Positions 21,092-32,213 are shown, counted from the first letter of the stretch. The stretch is DNA of 64,000 nucleotides from an uncultured Aliarcobacter sp. (GCA_963664305.2 CAXXLV010000002.1:96001-160000); one strand, 5' to 3'. Notes: generated by a model from the sequence alone, not told the origin. A program made the numbers and translations.

Positions 21092-22142
21092 TTTCCATTT
21101 TTGATGACATATTAAGTAATACCATATCTGCAAGAACTAATGCCATCATAGATTCAGCAACAATACTTCCCCGTACAGCAACACAAGGGTCATGTCTTCC
21201 TTTTAGTTTACATTCTACTTCATTATCATGAATATCAATTGTTTCTTGTTCTATAAAAATTGAGGGAGTTGCTTTGAAATAGACTTTTACATTTATATCA
21301 TCGCCATTTGAAATACCACCAAGAATTCCACCACTGTGATTTGTTTTAAATCCAGATTTTCTTATTTGGTCATTATTGTCATAACCTTTTACTCTTGAAG
21401 AAAGTGCTCCATCTCCAATTTCAACAGCTTTTACTGCATTTATTCCCATCATTGCATTTGCAATTTGAGAATCAAGTTTAAAATAAAGTGGTTCACCAAG
21501 ACCAATTGGTGCATTTTTTACATTTATAAGAGCAACTCCACCAACGCTATTGTGTGAATTTTTAGCTTCTAAAATAGCATTTTTTTGAGCTTCTTCAACA
21601 CTTTTATCTAAAGCAAATATTTCAGAATTAGAAACATTTTCAAAATCAAAAGTTGAAGCTTGAATTCCATCTATTTCACAAATTCCACTTTTGATATCTA
21701 TATTTAACTCTTTTAAAAGAAGTTTTGCAATTGCACCAGCAGCAACTCTAGCAGCTGTTTCTCTAGCACTACTTCTTCCTCCCCCTCTATAATCTCTTGT
21801 TCCATATTTATTAAAATAAGTAAAATCTGCATGTCCTGGACGGAATAAATCTTTTACATTTGAATAATCACTACTTTTTTGATTTTCATTAAAAATTACC
21901 ATAGAAATAGGAGTTCCAGTAGTTATCCCTTCAAAAACTCCACTTAAAATTTCTACAACATCACCTTCTTTTCTAGCGGTTGCAAATTTATTTTGACCAG
22001 GTTTTCTTCTATCCATTTCACTTTGGATAAATTCTTCATCTATTTTAATCCCAGCAGGAACTCCATCAACTATACATCCAAGAGCTTTTCCATGAGATTC
22101 ACCAAAAGTTGTAAACCTAAATCTATGACCAAATGTATTCAT
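21066..22142 (-). CDS. aroC: Chorismate synthase
   Basis: [30 protein letters not shown]. Confidence 0.98.
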   Translation of the reverse strand: MNTFGHRFRFTTFGESHGKALGCIVDGVPAGIKIDEEFIQSEMDRRKPGQNKFATARKEGDVVEILSGVFEGITTGTPISMVIFNENQKSSDYSNVKDLFRPGHADFTYFNKYGTRDYRGGGRSSARETAARVAAGAIAKLLLKELNIDIKSGICEIDGIQASTFDFENVSNSEIFALDKSVEEAQKNAILEAKNSHNSVGGVALINVKNAPIGLGEPLYFKLDSQIANAMMGINAVKAVEIGDGALSSRVKGYDNNDQIRKSGFKTNHSGGILGGISNGDDINVKVYFKATPSIFIEQETIDIHDNEVECKLKGRHDPCVAVRGSIVAESMMALVLADMVLLNMSSKMENVKKVYNK

Positions 22143-22147
22143 ATTGG

Positions 22148-22822
22148 TTATTCTCCTTTTAGTTTTTCAATAGCGATTTTAGCTGCTGCTTGTTGAGCTA
22201 GTTTTTTACTTTTCCCACTAGCATAACCATAATTTGTTCCATCAATCCAAATTGATACTTCAAACTCTTTTTTGTGGTCTGGTCCATAAGAACCTTCGAT
22301 TTTATATTCTGGAATTGAAGCAAATTTAGCTTGAGTTATTTCTTGAAGAGCTGTTTTATAATCACTAAATAATACATCAAGATTAATTTTGTCATAAGAT
22401 TTTTCTAATAATCTTAAAATAATAGGTTTTAAAGTATTTAATCCTGATTCTAAATAAATTGCACCCATAATAGCTTCAAAGGCATCTGATAAAATAGAAG
22501 CTTTTGTTCTTCCTTTATTTCTCTCTTCAGCTGTTGAAATGAAAATATAATCACCTAATCTTATTTCATTTGCAAGTCTAGTAAATCCAGTTTCATTTAC
22601 TAAACTAGCTCTTATTTTAGATAGTTCACCTTCATTTGATTTTGGGAATTTTAAATATAAATATTCTCCAACAATTAAATTTAAAACTGCATCGCCTAAA
22701 AACTCTAAACGTTCATTATTGTAAGGTTTTTTGTAACTTTTATGGGTAAGTGCTTCGATTATCAGATTTTTATTTTTAAACTGATAATCCAAACACTTTT
22801 CCAATTTCGAATAATCACTCAT
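22148..22822 (-). CDS. rnc: Ribonuclease III
   Basis: [12 protein letters not shown] signature; C-terminal dsRBD (DYKTALQE...[12 protein letters not shown]). Confidence 0.98.
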   Translation of the reverse strand: MSDYSKLEKCLDYQFKNKNLIIEALTHKSYKKPYNNERLEFLGDAVLNLIVGEYLYLKFPKSNEGELSKIRASLVNETGFTRLANEIRLGDYIFISTAEERNKGRTKASILSDAFEAIMGAIYLESGLNTLKPIILRLLEKSYDKINLDVLFSDYKTALQEITQAKFASIPEYKIEGSYGPDHKKEFEVSIWIDGTNYGYASGKSKKLAQQAAAKIAIEKLKGE

Positions 22823-22906
22823 TTGTGTCCTTTATTAAAATTTATGGAAGTATAGCACATCTTTTATTATGTTATATCTAGTTATTTTTTTATTTTAAAT
22901 CTTTTT

Positions 22907-23956
22907 TTATTGTAAAGATTGATAAGGTTCATAAAAAGATTTTGTTAAATGATGTTTTACATTAAAAGTTAGTATATTATGACAATGTGGACATCTTGTA
23001 TCAAACACAGGATGAGAGTGTTTACATGAACTACAAATAAATTCAAAATCTAATGTTGCATTAATTTTATGCTCATGTCTATTTATAAGCATCAAAATAT
23101 CTAAATCAAAATTATGACTATGTTCTAAGTTTTTTAAATAACCTTTTGCATTATAAACTTCTGATAAAAAAGAGTTATCAAGAACTTTATTAAAATCAAT
23201 ATCATCAAAATTTAAATACCAAACTATATCAATGAATTTTGAACAATCAAACTCTTTTATATGTTCCCAAAAAAATGGTTTATTAAATTGAATTAAAAAA
23301 CCTACAAAAATTCTTTCTATTATTTTATGTTCTTTAAAAATTTCATATAAAAGTTCAGTTCTTCTTTCAAATGATAAAATTGAATCATTTAAAATAATTA
23401 ATGAATCTAAATATATTTTATCAATTTTCATATCTAAATCTAATTCTTCTAAGCAAGAAGCAATCTCTTTTGCTTTTTTGAAGTCTTTTAGTTTTTCACT
23501 TACAAGTAATAGATATTTTAGTGCATTTTTATTGTGTGGAGAAAATTTTAGGATTCTTAAAAAAATCTCTTTTGATCTTTGTAAAAAACCACCTTTAAAA
23601 TAAGTAGTTCCTAAAAGTTCTAATAATTCTTCTTTTTTTACTCTATCATTTACATGTTCTAGTAGAGTTAAATATACGGAAATAGCTTTATTATAATCAC
23701 CTTTATGTAAAAAAGATGACGCTAAAAGTAAAATTGAATCAAAAGGAAGATTATAAGTTTTATAAAGATGAACATAATCTTCTTCTTTTAATTTTCCTAG
23801 TTCAAATCTTAAAGAGAGTTTTCTATAATCTTTTCTTGCATTTCTTTCTTTATAGATACCGTAAGAATATGTTATAAATGATATTATAAAAATTAGAGCA
23901 ACAATAATTATTATTCCAAGTAAAGGGTCCCTATACTCTAAAACTATATTATCCAC
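22907..23956 (-). CDS. LapB/YciM-like TPR protein with N-terminal TM and C-terminal rubredoxin-type Cys motif
   Basis: TM LLGIIIIVALIFIISFI, TPR-like helices, CSSC...CPHC. Start reassigned to GTG 23956, which has an AAGG SD. Confidence 0.75.
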   Translation of the reverse strand: MDNIVLEYRDPLLGIIIIVALIFIISFITYSYGIYKERNARKDYRKLSLRFELGKLKEEDYVHLYKTYNLPFDSILLLASSFLHKGDYNKAISVYLTLLEHVNDRVKKEELLELLGTTYFKGGFLQRSKEIFLRILKFSPHNKNALKYLLLVSEKLKDFKKAKEIASCLEELDLDMKIDKIYLDSLIILNDSILSFERRTELLYEIFKEHKIIERIFVGFLIQFNKPFFWEHIKEFDCSKFIDIVWYLNFDDIDFNKVLDNSFLSEVYNAKGYLKNLEHSHNFDLDILMLINRHEHKINATLDFEFICSSCKHSHPVFDTRCPHCHNILTFNVKHHLTKSFYEPYQSLQ

Positions 23957-24043
23957 AAATAAAACCTTTAGTAATTGTTTTAAAAAGTAGTGCATGTTAG
24001 CATAAAAGTTCATATAAACGAATAAAAGTGTATAATCCTTTTT

Positions 24044-25678
24044 ATGATAAAAAAAGAGTCAATAGAAAATTTAAAAAACCATCTTGATGTTGTAGATGTA
24101 ATTTCTCAATTTATAGAGTTAAAAAAATCTGGAGCAAATTTTAAGGCATGTTGTCCTTTTCATGGAGAAAGTACTCCATCTTTTGTAGTTAGCCCAGCAA
24201 AACAAATATATCATTGTTTTGGATGTGGGGCAGGTGGTGACTCTATAAAATTTGTAATGGAATATGAAAAAACAACATATCCTGAAACAATAGAAAAATT
24301 AGCTTCAATGTACAATTTTTCATTGGATTATGAAAATACAACTGAAAAAAAACAAGATATAAGAATTTTAGAAGAAGTAAATAAATTCTATCAAAAACTT
24401 TTTGTAAGTAATTCTGTAGTAAAAGAGTATATAAAAGATAGAGGAATTTCAGATTTTTCTATTGAAAAGTTTGAAATAGGATATGCTCCTGTTTCTCTTG
24501 ATACAATAAATTTTTTAAAATCAAACCATTTTAATTTAACAGAAGCTATAGAATTAGGTGTTATTGATACAGGAACAAATGGACTTTATTCAAGATTTAT
24601 AGAAAGAATTACTTTTCCTATTTATTCAATAAATGGAAAACTTGTAGGTTTTGGTGGAAGAACAATAACTGGACACAATGCAAAATATGTAAATTCGCCA
24701 CAAACTAAATTTTTCAATAAATCAAGACTTTTATACGGTTATCATTTAGCAAAAGAAAAAATTTATAAAAATAAACAAATAATTGTTTGTGAAGGTTATT
24801 TAGATGTAATAATGCTTCATCAAGCAGGATTTAACTCAGCAGTTGCAACACTTGGAACTGCACTTACAACAGAACACTTACCATTATTAAGACGGGGAGA
24901 ACCAAAAGTAATACTTGCCTATGATGGAGATAAAGCTGGACTTGCAGCAGCTTTTAAAGCATCTGTGATGTTAAGTCAAAGTGAATTTGAAGGTGGAGTT
25001 GTAATTTTTAGTGATGGTCAAGACCCAGCTGATATGGTAAAAGGGAAAAAGATTGAAGAATTAAATAAAATCTTTTCAAATCCTATACCATTTATTCCTT
25101 ATGCAATTGATTATATTGTCTCAAAATATGATATAAATGAACCTAGTCAAAAACAAAAAGCGCTTAATGAAGCAAATGATTATTTAAAAAGTTTAAGTTT
25201 ATTAAATCAAGATGAATATAAAAGATATTTAGCTCAAAAATTGAATGTTAGAGAAAATTTGGTAAAAATTAGTTCAGATAAACAAAGAATTAATGAAGTA
25301 AATTTATCAAAAATAGATATTGCCGAACTTTGTATAATAAAATCAATACTTGAAAAACCAAAAAGATTAGATTCAGTTTTAGATATAGTTGATATTTCAA
25401 TGTTTGAATTTCATAAAAATGAATTTGAATTAGTTTTAACAGATATAGAAAATCCATCTTTAAATTCGATTATTTTAAATGAAAAACTTGAAAATTATGA
25501 TGATGAAAGATTAAATCAAGAACTTTTAACTTTAGTTTACAAATTTTATACAAATAAACTAACTGCAATATCTTATGATAAGAGTTTAGATTTTAAACAA
25601 AAAGCAAATCTAATTAGAAAAATCAAGGATAATATTTATCAATTAAAACAAGGAAAACTTGTAAGTTATAATCTATAA
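24044..25678 (+). CDS. dnaG: DNA primase
   Basis: CPFHGESTPSF...CFGC zinc finger, KYVNSP, EGYLDV, YDGDKAG (TOPRIM). Confidence 0.98.
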   Translation: MIKKESIENLKNHLDVVDVISQFIELKKSGANFKACCPFHGESTPSFVVSPAKQIYHCFGCGAGGDSIKFVMEYEKTTYPETIEKLASMYNFSLDYENTTEKKQDIRILEEVNKFYQKLFVSNSVVKEYIKDRGISDFSIEKFEIGYAPVSLDTINFLKSNHFNLTEAIELGVIDTGTNGLYSRFIERITFPIYSINGKLVGFGGRTITGHNAKYVNSPQTKFFNKSRLLYGYHLAKEKIYKNKQIIVCEGYLDVIMLHQAGFNSAVATLGTALTTEHLPLLRRGEPKVILAYDGDKAGLAAAFKASVMLSQSEFEGGVVIFSDGQDPADMVKGKKIEELNKIFSNPIPFIPYAIDYIVSKYDINEPSQKQKALNEANDYLKSLSLLNQDEYKRYLAQKLNVRENLVKISSDKQRINEVNLSKIDIAELCIIKSILEKPKRLDSVLDIVDISMFEFHKNEFELVLTDIENPSLNSIILNEKLENYDDERLNQELLTLVYKFYTNKLTAISYDKSLDFKQKANLIRKIKDNIYQLKQGKLVSYNL

Positions 25679-25761
25679 AAATTAATTTCTAAAATTTATT
25701 TTATTAGTAGTTTATTTTTTGTAGAATTCCAAAAAAGTTATTTAAACTTAAGGAAAATCCA

Positions 25762-26145
25762 ATGAAATTTATTGAAAGTGATAATTTACCTTTAGCAATA
25801 GGTCCTTATTCTCCTGCTGTAAAAGTAAATGGTATGATTTATACATCTGCACAAGTTCCAGTAACTTTAGATGGTACGATGATAGAAAGAGATATAAAAA
25901 TACAAACTAGACAAGTATTGTCAAATCTTAGAACACTTTTAGAAGATGCTGATAGTGGACTAGAAAAAGTTGTTAAAGTATCAGTTTATTTAGAAAATAT
26001 TGAAGATTTTGGTGTAGTTAATGTTTTATTTGCAGAAGCGTTTGGGGATCATAAACCTGCTCGTACAACAATTTCTGTAAAAGGATTACCAAAAAATGCA
26101 CTAATAATGGTTGATGCAATAGCATTAGCAAATGATTATCATTAA
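25762..26145 (+). CDS. RidA/YjgF-family enamine/imine deaminase
   Basis: AIGPYSPA, KPARTT, LPKNALI pattern. Confidence 0.9.
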   Translation: MKFIESDNLPLAIGPYSPAVKVNGMIYTSAQVPVTLDGTMIERDIKIQTRQVLSNLRTLLEDADSGLEKVVKVSVYLENIEDFGVVNVLFAEAFGDHKPARTTISVKGLPKNALIMVDAIALANDYH

Positions 26146-26261
26146 AATAATAGACTTAAAGAAAGTTTAAACTAAATTAAGATACTATTCCGGTTCGAAA
26201 AATAGAGTTAGTATGAAAAAGTATCGACTTATGCATATAGAATTGAATTAGAGGAAAAAAG

Positions 26262-26579
26262 ATGTACGCAATTATCAAGTGTGGTGGAAAACAGTATAAA
26301 GTTTCTGAGGGAGATATCTTAGACGTAGATTATACTGGTAAAGCTGCTAAAGAAACTTTAGAAATTACTGATGTTTTAGCTGTAAACAACGGTGAGTTAA
26401 AAACTGGTGATGCAGTTGCAAACGCAAAAGTTGAAGCAGTTGTAGTATTAGATGGTACTGGTGTAAATAGAGCTAGAAAAGTAATCATTTACAAAAAAAG
26501 AAGAAGAAAAGATTCTAAGTTAAAAAGAGGTTTTAGAAAAAGCTTCACAAAAATTAGAATTACAAAAATCGCTGCATAA
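26262..26579 (+). CDS. rplU: 50S ribosomal protein L21
   Basis: MYAIIKCGGKQYKVSEG, KKRRRK...GFR. Confidence 0.98.
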   Translation: MYAIIKCGGKQYKVSEGDILDVDYTGKAAKETLEITDVLAVNNGELKTGDAVANAKVEAVVVLDGTGVNRARKVIIYKKRRRKDSKLKRGFRKSFTKIRITKIAA

Positions 26580-26606
26580 GCATAACAAAAGTTAAGGAGA
26601 ACAATT

Positions 26607-26864
26607 ATGGCTCACAAAAAAGGTCAGGGAAGTACACAGAATAATAGAGACTCAGCTGGTAGAAGACTTGGTGTTAAAAAGTTTGGTGGTGAAGTTGTAA
26701 GAGCTGGAAATATTATCATTAGACAAAGAGGTACAAAAGTACATTTAGGTCAAAATGTTGGTATGGGTAAAGATCATACAATTTATTCTTTAATTGACGG
26801 TGTTGTTAAATTTGAAATTAAAGATAAAAAAAGAAAAAAAGTTTCAGTTTACGCAGCATCGTAA
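26607..26864 (+). CDS. rpmA: 50S ribosomal protein L27
   Basis: [31 protein letters not shown]. Confidence 0.98.
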   Translation: MAHKKGQGSTQNNRDSAGRRLGVKKFGGEVVRAGNIIIRQRGTKVHLGQNVGMGKDHTIYSLIDGVVKFEIKDKKRKKVSVYAAS

Positions 26865-26887
26865 TTCTGAATACAATTAGTTTCTTT

Positions 26888-26922
26888 AAAGGGTGTATGG
26901 CTTTTGCCTACACCCTTTTTTT
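26888..26922 (+). terminator. Intrinsic terminator after rplU-rpmA
   Basis: AAAGGGTGTA-TGGC-TTTT-GCC-TACACCC followed by a T run. Confidence 0.85.
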
Positions 26923-27011
26923 ATTTAAAAATTAACATAACTAATTAAAAGTTAACAGTGAAATAAGATTTTACTTTTAGTTTTTAATTATTTATTAAAA
27001 GGAAAGTTATT

Positions 27012-28103
27012 ATGTTTATAGATAGCGCTAGATTTTCAGTTACATCTGGAAAGGGTGGACAGGGATGTGCAGCTTTTAGACGAGAAAAATTTGTTGTTAA
27101 AGGTGGACCTGATGGTGGAGATGGAGGAAGAGGTGGAGATGTTTATTTTCTAGTAGACAATAACACTGATACTTTATCAAATTATAAAGGAAGAAAATTC
27201 TTTAAAGCTGAAAATGGAAAACAAGGTTTAGGTGGAAGTATGACTGGAAAGTCAGGTGAAGCACTTGTTTTAATTGTACCTCCAGGAACTCAAGTAATTG
27301 ATGATGAAACAAATGAAGTTATTTTTGATTTATTAGAAGTTGGAAAAAAAGTTTTATTTTTAGAAGGTGGAAAAGGTGGATTAGGAAATGTTCACTTTAA
27401 AAATTCAAGAAATCAAAGACCTACTTATTTTCAACCAGGACTTCCAGGAACAACTAGAAAAATTAGATTAGAATTAAAACTTATTGCTGATGTTGGACTT
27501 GTTGGTTATCCAAATGTTGGAAAATCAACTCTTATTTCTGTAACTTCAAATGCAACTCCTGAAATTGCAAATTATGAATTTACTACTTTAACTCCAAAAC
27601 TTGGTGTTGTTGAAGTTGGTGATTATAACTCTTTTGTAATGGCTGATATTCCAGGAATTATTGATGGAGCTAGTGAAGGAAGAGGTTTAGGTTTAGAATT
27701 TTTAAAACATATTGAAAGAACTAAAACATTACTTTTTGTAATTGATGTTGCAAATTATAGAACAATGATTGACCAATATAAAGTTTTAAAAGAAGAGGTT
27801 GCAAAATTTTCAAATGAATTATCAAAAAGAAATTTTGCGATAGTTTTAAGTAAAATAGATGGATATTTTGGTGAAGATTTAGAATCAGATATCAAAAACT
27901 TTATAAAAGAGATTGGATTAGAAATAAGTAATTCAAATGAGTTTAAATTTGAAAGTGATTATCCATATTTTATTCAAGATTTAATTTATTCAAGATTTGA
28001 CAATAGTAAGCCATATTTTGTTTTACCTATTTCTTCTTTAACAAAATTAAATGTTAAACAATTAGGATTTGCTTTATATAATTTATTGGAACAAGATAAA
28101 TGA
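27012..28103 (+). CDS. obgE: GTPase ObgE/CgtA
   Basis: Gly-rich Obg domain [33 protein letters not shown]. Confidence 0.97.
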   Translation: MFIDSARFSVTSGKGGQGCAAFRREKFVVKGGPDGGDGGRGGDVYFLVDNNTDTLSNYKGRKFFKAENGKQGLGGSMTGKSGEALVLIVPPGTQVIDDETNEVIFDLLEVGKKVLFLEGGKGGLGNVHFKNSRNQRPTYFQPGLPGTTRKIRLELKLIADVGLVGYPNVGKSTLISVTSNATPEIANYEFTTLTPKLGVVEVGDYNSFVMADIPGIIDGASEGRGLGLEFLKHIERTKTLLFVIDVANYRTMIDQYKVLKEEVAKFSNELSKRNFAIVLSKIDGYFGEDLESDIKNFIKEIGLEISNSNEFKFESDYPYFIQDLIYSRFDNSKPYFVLPISSLTKLNVKQLGFALYNLLEQDK

Positions 28104-28870
28104 AAAGATTAGTAATAAAAGTTGGTACTGCTGTTTTAACTCAAGATGGTCAATTAGCTCTTGAGAGAATGGACAATTTAGTAAATTTAATTGCAAAATT
28201 AAAAAATGAAAAAAATCTTGAAGTTATTTTAGTATCTTCTGGTGCTGTTGGTGCTGGATATACTTCTTTAAAACTTGATAAAAAAATAGTTGCTAATAAA
28301 CAAGCATTAGCTGCAATTGGACAACCGTTATTACTTAAAAATTATAAAAAAAGATTTAAAGCTCATGATATAACTTGTGCACAAATGCTTTTTATTGCAG
28401 ATGATTTTGATTCAAGAAAAAGATCAAAAAATGCACAAAATGTAATGGAAATTTTACTTGAAAATAATATTCTTCCAATTATAAATGAAAATGATGTAAT
28501 TGCTACTGATGAGTTGGTTTTTGGAGATAATGACCAATTAGCTGCTCATGTAGCTTATTATTTTAAAGCAGATATGTTAGCAATTTTATCAGATATCGAT
28601 GGATATTATAATAAAAATCCAAGAGAATTTTCTGATGCTGTTTTACAAAAAAATGTTTATGAAATAAAAGATGAAGAGTTAGAAATGAAGCATAGTGCAA
28701 ATTCAGAATTTGCAACAGGTGGAATTGTAACAAAACTTAAAGCTGCAAATTTTTTAATGCAAAGAGGAATTCCAATGTATCTTACATCTGGATTTGATTT
28801 AAAAAATGCTTATGATTTTTTAGTTGATGGAAATCATAATAGCGGAACAATTTTCCAAACAAAAAAATAA
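28100..28870 (+). CDS. proB: Glutamate 5-kinase (no PUA domain)
   Basis: [33 protein letters not shown]; 256 aa. Confidence 0.96.
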   Translation: MKRLVIKVGTAVLTQDGQLALERMDNLVNLIAKLKNEKNLEVILVSSGAVGAGYTSLKLDKKIVANKQALAAIGQPLLLKNYKKRFKAHDITCAQMLFIADDFDSRKRSKNAQNVMEILLENNILPIINENDVIATDELVFGDNDQLAAHVAYYFKADMLAILSDIDGYYNKNPREFSDAVLQKNVYEIKDEELEMKHSANSEFATGGIVTKLKAANFLMQRGIPMYLTSGFDLKNAYDFLVDGNHNSGTIFQTKK

Positions 28871-28883
28871 AAAAGGATAGTTT

Positions 28884-29804
28884 TTGAGTAAAAGAATTCT
28901 ATTTATGGGAACACCAGATTATGCTACAACAATATTTAAAGAGTTAATAAATAGCAAATATGAAGTGATAGGATTATTTACTCAACCTGATAAACCAGTT
29001 GGGCGAAAACAAGTTTTAACTCCACCTCATATAAAACAATATTGTTTAGATGAAAATCTAAATCTTCCAATTTTTCAACCTTTAAAATTAAGAGGAAATG
29101 AAGAAGCTAAAAAACAGATAGAAGATTTAAAACCTGATTTTATTATTGTTGCTGCTTATGGACAAATTTTACCAAAAGAGATTTTAGATATTGCTCCATG
29201 TATTAATCTTCATGCGTCTTTATTACCAAAATATAGAGGAGCTAGTCCTATTCAAGAATCACTTTTAAATGATGATTATTTTACTGGTGTTACTTCAATG
29301 CTTATGGAAGAAGGACTTGATAGTGGGGATATTTTAGGGTTACAATATTTAAAAATTACTTCAAATATGGAAGTAGCCGAAGCTTTTGAAAAATTATCAA
29401 TTATTGCAGCAAATTTAACAATAACAACTTTGGATAATTTTGAAAATATTAAACCTATAAAACAAAATGAGTCAGAAGTTAGCTTTTGTAAAAAAATAAA
29501 AAAAGATGATGGATTAGTAAATTTCTTAGATGCAAAAAAATTGTATTTAAAATATAAAGCATACTCCTATTGGCCAGGAGTTTTTTTAGAAACAGAGCTG
29601 AAATTAAAAGATATTGAATTAGTTGAAGAAAACTCAATAAATAAAGAGGGAGAAATTCTAGAAATCTCTAAAGAGTTTATAGTTGTTGGATGTAAAAACG
29701 GAAGTTTAAAAATAAAAACTTTACAAGCACCTTCAAAGAAAGCTATTAGTTCTGTAGATTATATTAGAGGTCAAAGATTTGAAGTAGGAGATATCCTAAT
29801 ATAA
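28884..29804 (+). CDS. fmt: Methionyl-tRNA formyltransferase
   Basis: FMGTPDYA, TQPDKPVGR, INLHASLLPKYRGASPI. Confidence 0.97.
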   Translation: MSKRILFMGTPDYATTIFKELINSKYEVIGLFTQPDKPVGRKQVLTPPHIKQYCLDENLNLPIFQPLKLRGNEEAKKQIEDLKPDFIIVAAYGQILPKEILDIAPCINLHASLLPKYRGASPIQESLLNDDYFTGVTSMLMEEGLDSGDILGLQYLKITSNMEVAEAFEKLSIIAANLTITTLDNFENIKPIKQNESEVSFCKKIKKDDGLVNFLDAKKLYLKYKAYSYWPGVFLETELKLKDIELVEENSINKEGEILEISKEFIVVGCKNGSLKIKTLQAPSKKAISSVDYIRGQRFEVGDILI

Positions 29805-29829
29805 ATTTAGCGTAAAAGTTACGCTAAAT
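29805..29829. terminator. Hairpin between convergent fmt and AEC transporter genes
   Basis: ATTTAGCGTAA-AAG-TTACGCTAAAT. Confidence 0.7.
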
Positions 29830-30712
29830 ATGTTGTATACATTGTTATTGTAAATAGACTCAATAAAACACCTAATACAAGAGAATTTATTGCAATTTTT
29901 TCATCTAATCCACCCTTAATAGCTAAAACTGTAGCCATTGTCATTGGAGGCATTGCAACTTCAATAATTGTTACTTTTACCCAAGTTTGATCTATTCCAT
30001 AGAAGTATTTAAATCCAATTAATATTATTATTGGAACAACAATCATTTTTAGAATCATTGCAACAGAAACTATATGTAATCTAGCAAAAATATTTTTTAA
30101 TTCTAACTTCATACCAATAGCAATCATAGCAAGTGGTACTAATGTTGAACCAAGTGTTTGAGTAGTTAATAATAAAAAGTTTGGTATTTCAAAATTTTTA
30201 GCAATTAATGTAACAAAAAACATAATTTGTGGTGGAAATAAGAAAATAGATTTTGAAATAGATTTCACACTATTTTTTTTACCATTTCCCCAAGTAATTA
30301 TAAACATACCAACTGAAACTAAAAGTAAAAATGAACCAAAAATATCATAAATCAAACCATATACAATATAATCTTGTCCATAAAATGCATCTATATATGA
30401 AAATCCTATAAATGAGGTATTTCCAAAAGTTGCCATAATCATAAATGTAGCAAAATATGTTCTATTTAATCTCATTAATTTACCTACAAGATATGCTAAT
30501 GTAAGGTTAAATAAAATGAAACATATAAACATTAAAATTAATCCAATAATTCTTTGGTCAATAATTAAAGGATAAATTTTTGAAAAAACAATAGATGGAA
30601 GTGAAAAGTAAATGATAAATTCAATTAACTGTTTTGAATTATCATGAAAAAATACTTTAAACATATATCCTAATGCTAAATATATAGCAATAGGTAAAAC
30701 TGGATCTAACAT
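29819..30712 (-). CDS. AEC (auxin efflux carrier/malate permease) family transporter
   Basis: About 10 hydrophobic segments; YFSLPS, FGNTSFIG, PLAMIAIG, AMPPM. Confidence 0.85.
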   Translation of the reverse strand: MLDPVLPIAIYLALGYMFKVFFHDNSKQLIEFIIYFSLPSIVFSKIYPLIIDQRIIGLILMFICFILFNLTLAYLVGKLMRLNRTYFATFMIMATFGNTSFIGFSYIDAFYGQDYIVYGLIYDIFGSFLLLVSVGMFIITWGNGKKNSVKSISKSIFLFPPQIMFFVTLIAKNFEIPNFLLLTTQTLGSTLVPLAMIAIGMKLELKNIFARLHIVSVAMILKMIVVPIIILIGFKYFYGIDQTWVKVTIIEVAMPPMTMATVLAIKGGLDEKIAINSLVLGVLLSLFTITMYTTYLA

Positions 30713-30783
30713 AACAACTAATACCTTTTTTCGAAAGATTATAATTAATAAAATCTTCTATTTTAATTATGTATAATCGAAAA

Positions 30784-31419
30784 ATGAAAATTATAAGATT
30801 AAATGAAGTTAACTCAACTCACACATATTTAAAAGAGTACATAAAAACTAATGGTTATATTGAACCATTGTGTATTGTAACAGATTATCAAACAGATGGA
30901 ATTGGAAGTAGAGGTAATTCATGGAGTGGGAAAAAAGGTAACCTTTTTTTTTCTTTTGTTTTTTCAATAAACGAATTACCAGAAGATTTACCTTTACAAA
31001 CAATTTCAATTTATGTTTCATATATATTAAAATCAATTTTAAGAGATTTGGGTTCTAATATATGGATTAAATGGCCTAATGATTTTTATATAAATAATAA
31101 AAAAATTGGTGGAACAATTACTAATATGTCTAAAGATTTAGTTTATTGTGGAATAGGTTTAAATTTAGTAGAAGTAGAAGAAGAATTTGGAAAACTCGAT
31201 ATAAATGTTGATGTTGATAAATTGTTACAAAATTATTTTTTTAAGTTAGAAAAAAAGATTTCATGGAAGCAAATTTTTAGTGATTTTAAGATAGAATTTC
31301 AACTTAGCAAAAAGTTCCAAACGACCATAGATAATCAAAAAGTTTCTTTAGAAAATGCGATATTAAATGAAGATGGTTCAATACAAGTAAACGATAAAAA
31401 GGTATTTAGTTTAAGATGA
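30784..31419 (+). CDS. birA: Biotin-[acetyl-CoA carboxylase] ligase (no DNA-binding domain)
   Basis: VNSTH, QTDGIGSRGNSW, IKWPND, KKIGG. Start reassigned to ATG 30784. Confidence 0.92.
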   Translation: MKIIRLNEVNSTHTYLKEYIKTNGYIEPLCIVTDYQTDGIGSRGNSWSGKKGNLFFSFVFSINELPEDLPLQTISIYVSYILKSILRDLGSNIWIKWPNDFYINNKKIGGTITNMSKDLVYCGIGLNLVEVEEEFGKLDINVDVDKLLQNYFFKLEKKISWKQIFSDFKIEFQLSKKFQTTIDNQKVSLENAILNEDGSIQVNDKKVFSLR

Positions 31420-32192
31420 CAGAGATAATTTCAATAGCAAATCAAAAAGGTGGAGTAGGTAAAACTACTACGGCTGTAAATTTAAGCGCAGCACTTGCCT
31501 TAGAAGGTAAAAAAGTCTTATTAATTGATGCAGATCCTCAAGCAAATGCAACTACTTCGTTGGGATTTCATAGAGATACTTACGAATATAACATTTATCA
31601 TGTAATGTTAGGAACAAAAGAATTAAGTGAAATTATTTTAGATTCAGAAATTGAGAATTTAAAAGTTGCACCTTCAAATATTGGACTTGTTGGGATAGAA
31701 AAAGAGTTTTATAAAAATACTAAAGAAAGAGAATTAGTATTAAAAAGAAAAATAGATCCAGTAAAAAAAGATTTTGATTATATTATCATCGATTCACCTC
31801 CAGCACTTGGACCAATAACAATAAATACTTTAAGTGCTTCATCATCAGTATTAATTCCTATTCAATGTGAGTTTTTCGCTTTAGAAGGTTTAGCACAATT
31901 ATTAAATACAATTAAATTAGTTAAACAAACAATAAATCAATCTTTACAAATTAGAGGTTTTTTACCTACAATGTATAGTGCACAAAATAATCTTTCAAAA
32001 CAAGTATTTGCAGATTTAGCACAACATTTTGAGAATAAATTATTTAAAGTTGATGATAATTCATATGTTGTGATTCCAAGAAATGTAAAATTAGCAGAAA
32101 GTCCAAGTTTTGGGAAACCAATCATGCTTTATGATACAAATTCAAGTGGAACAAAAGCTTATACAAATTTAGCAAGAGCAATTGCAGGATAA
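31416..32192 (+). CDS. parA: Chromosome partitioning ATPase ParA/Soj
   Basis: NQKGGVGKTTT, DADPQANAT, IDSPP, PIQCEFFALEG. Confidence 0.96.
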   Translation: MTEIISIANQKGGVGKTTTAVNLSAALALEGKKVLLIDADPQANATTSLGFHRDTYEYNIYHVMLGTKELSEIILDSEIENLKVAPSNIGLVGIEKEFYKNTKERELVLKRKIDPVKKDFDYIIIDSPPALGPITINTLSASSSVLIPIQCEFFALEGLAQLLNTIKLVKQTINQSLQIRGFLPTMYSAQNNLSKQVFADLAQHFENKLFKVDDNSYVVIPRNVKLAESPSFGKPIMLYDTNSSGTKAYTNLARAIAG

Positions 32193-32213
32193 TTTTATTT
32201 TATAGGATACAGT

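Noticed and set aside
23949..23957. Perfect DnaA box TTATCCACA upstream of dnaG, plus one-mismatch copies at 12709 and near 37611
   Set aside because: Isolated copies; roughly one perfect match is expected by chance in 64 kb of such AT-rich DNA. No cluster, no dnaA, no unwinding element, so no oriC call despite rpmH, mnmE and parAB being present.
26146..26261. Possible structured ribosomal-protein leader upstream of rplU
   Set aside because: Only weak wobble-rich pairing (GGTTCGA/TTGAATT); cannot support an RNA element without covariance analysis.
28100..28870. Short ProB without a PUA domain
   Set aside because: A known natural form in this phylum; not a truncation.
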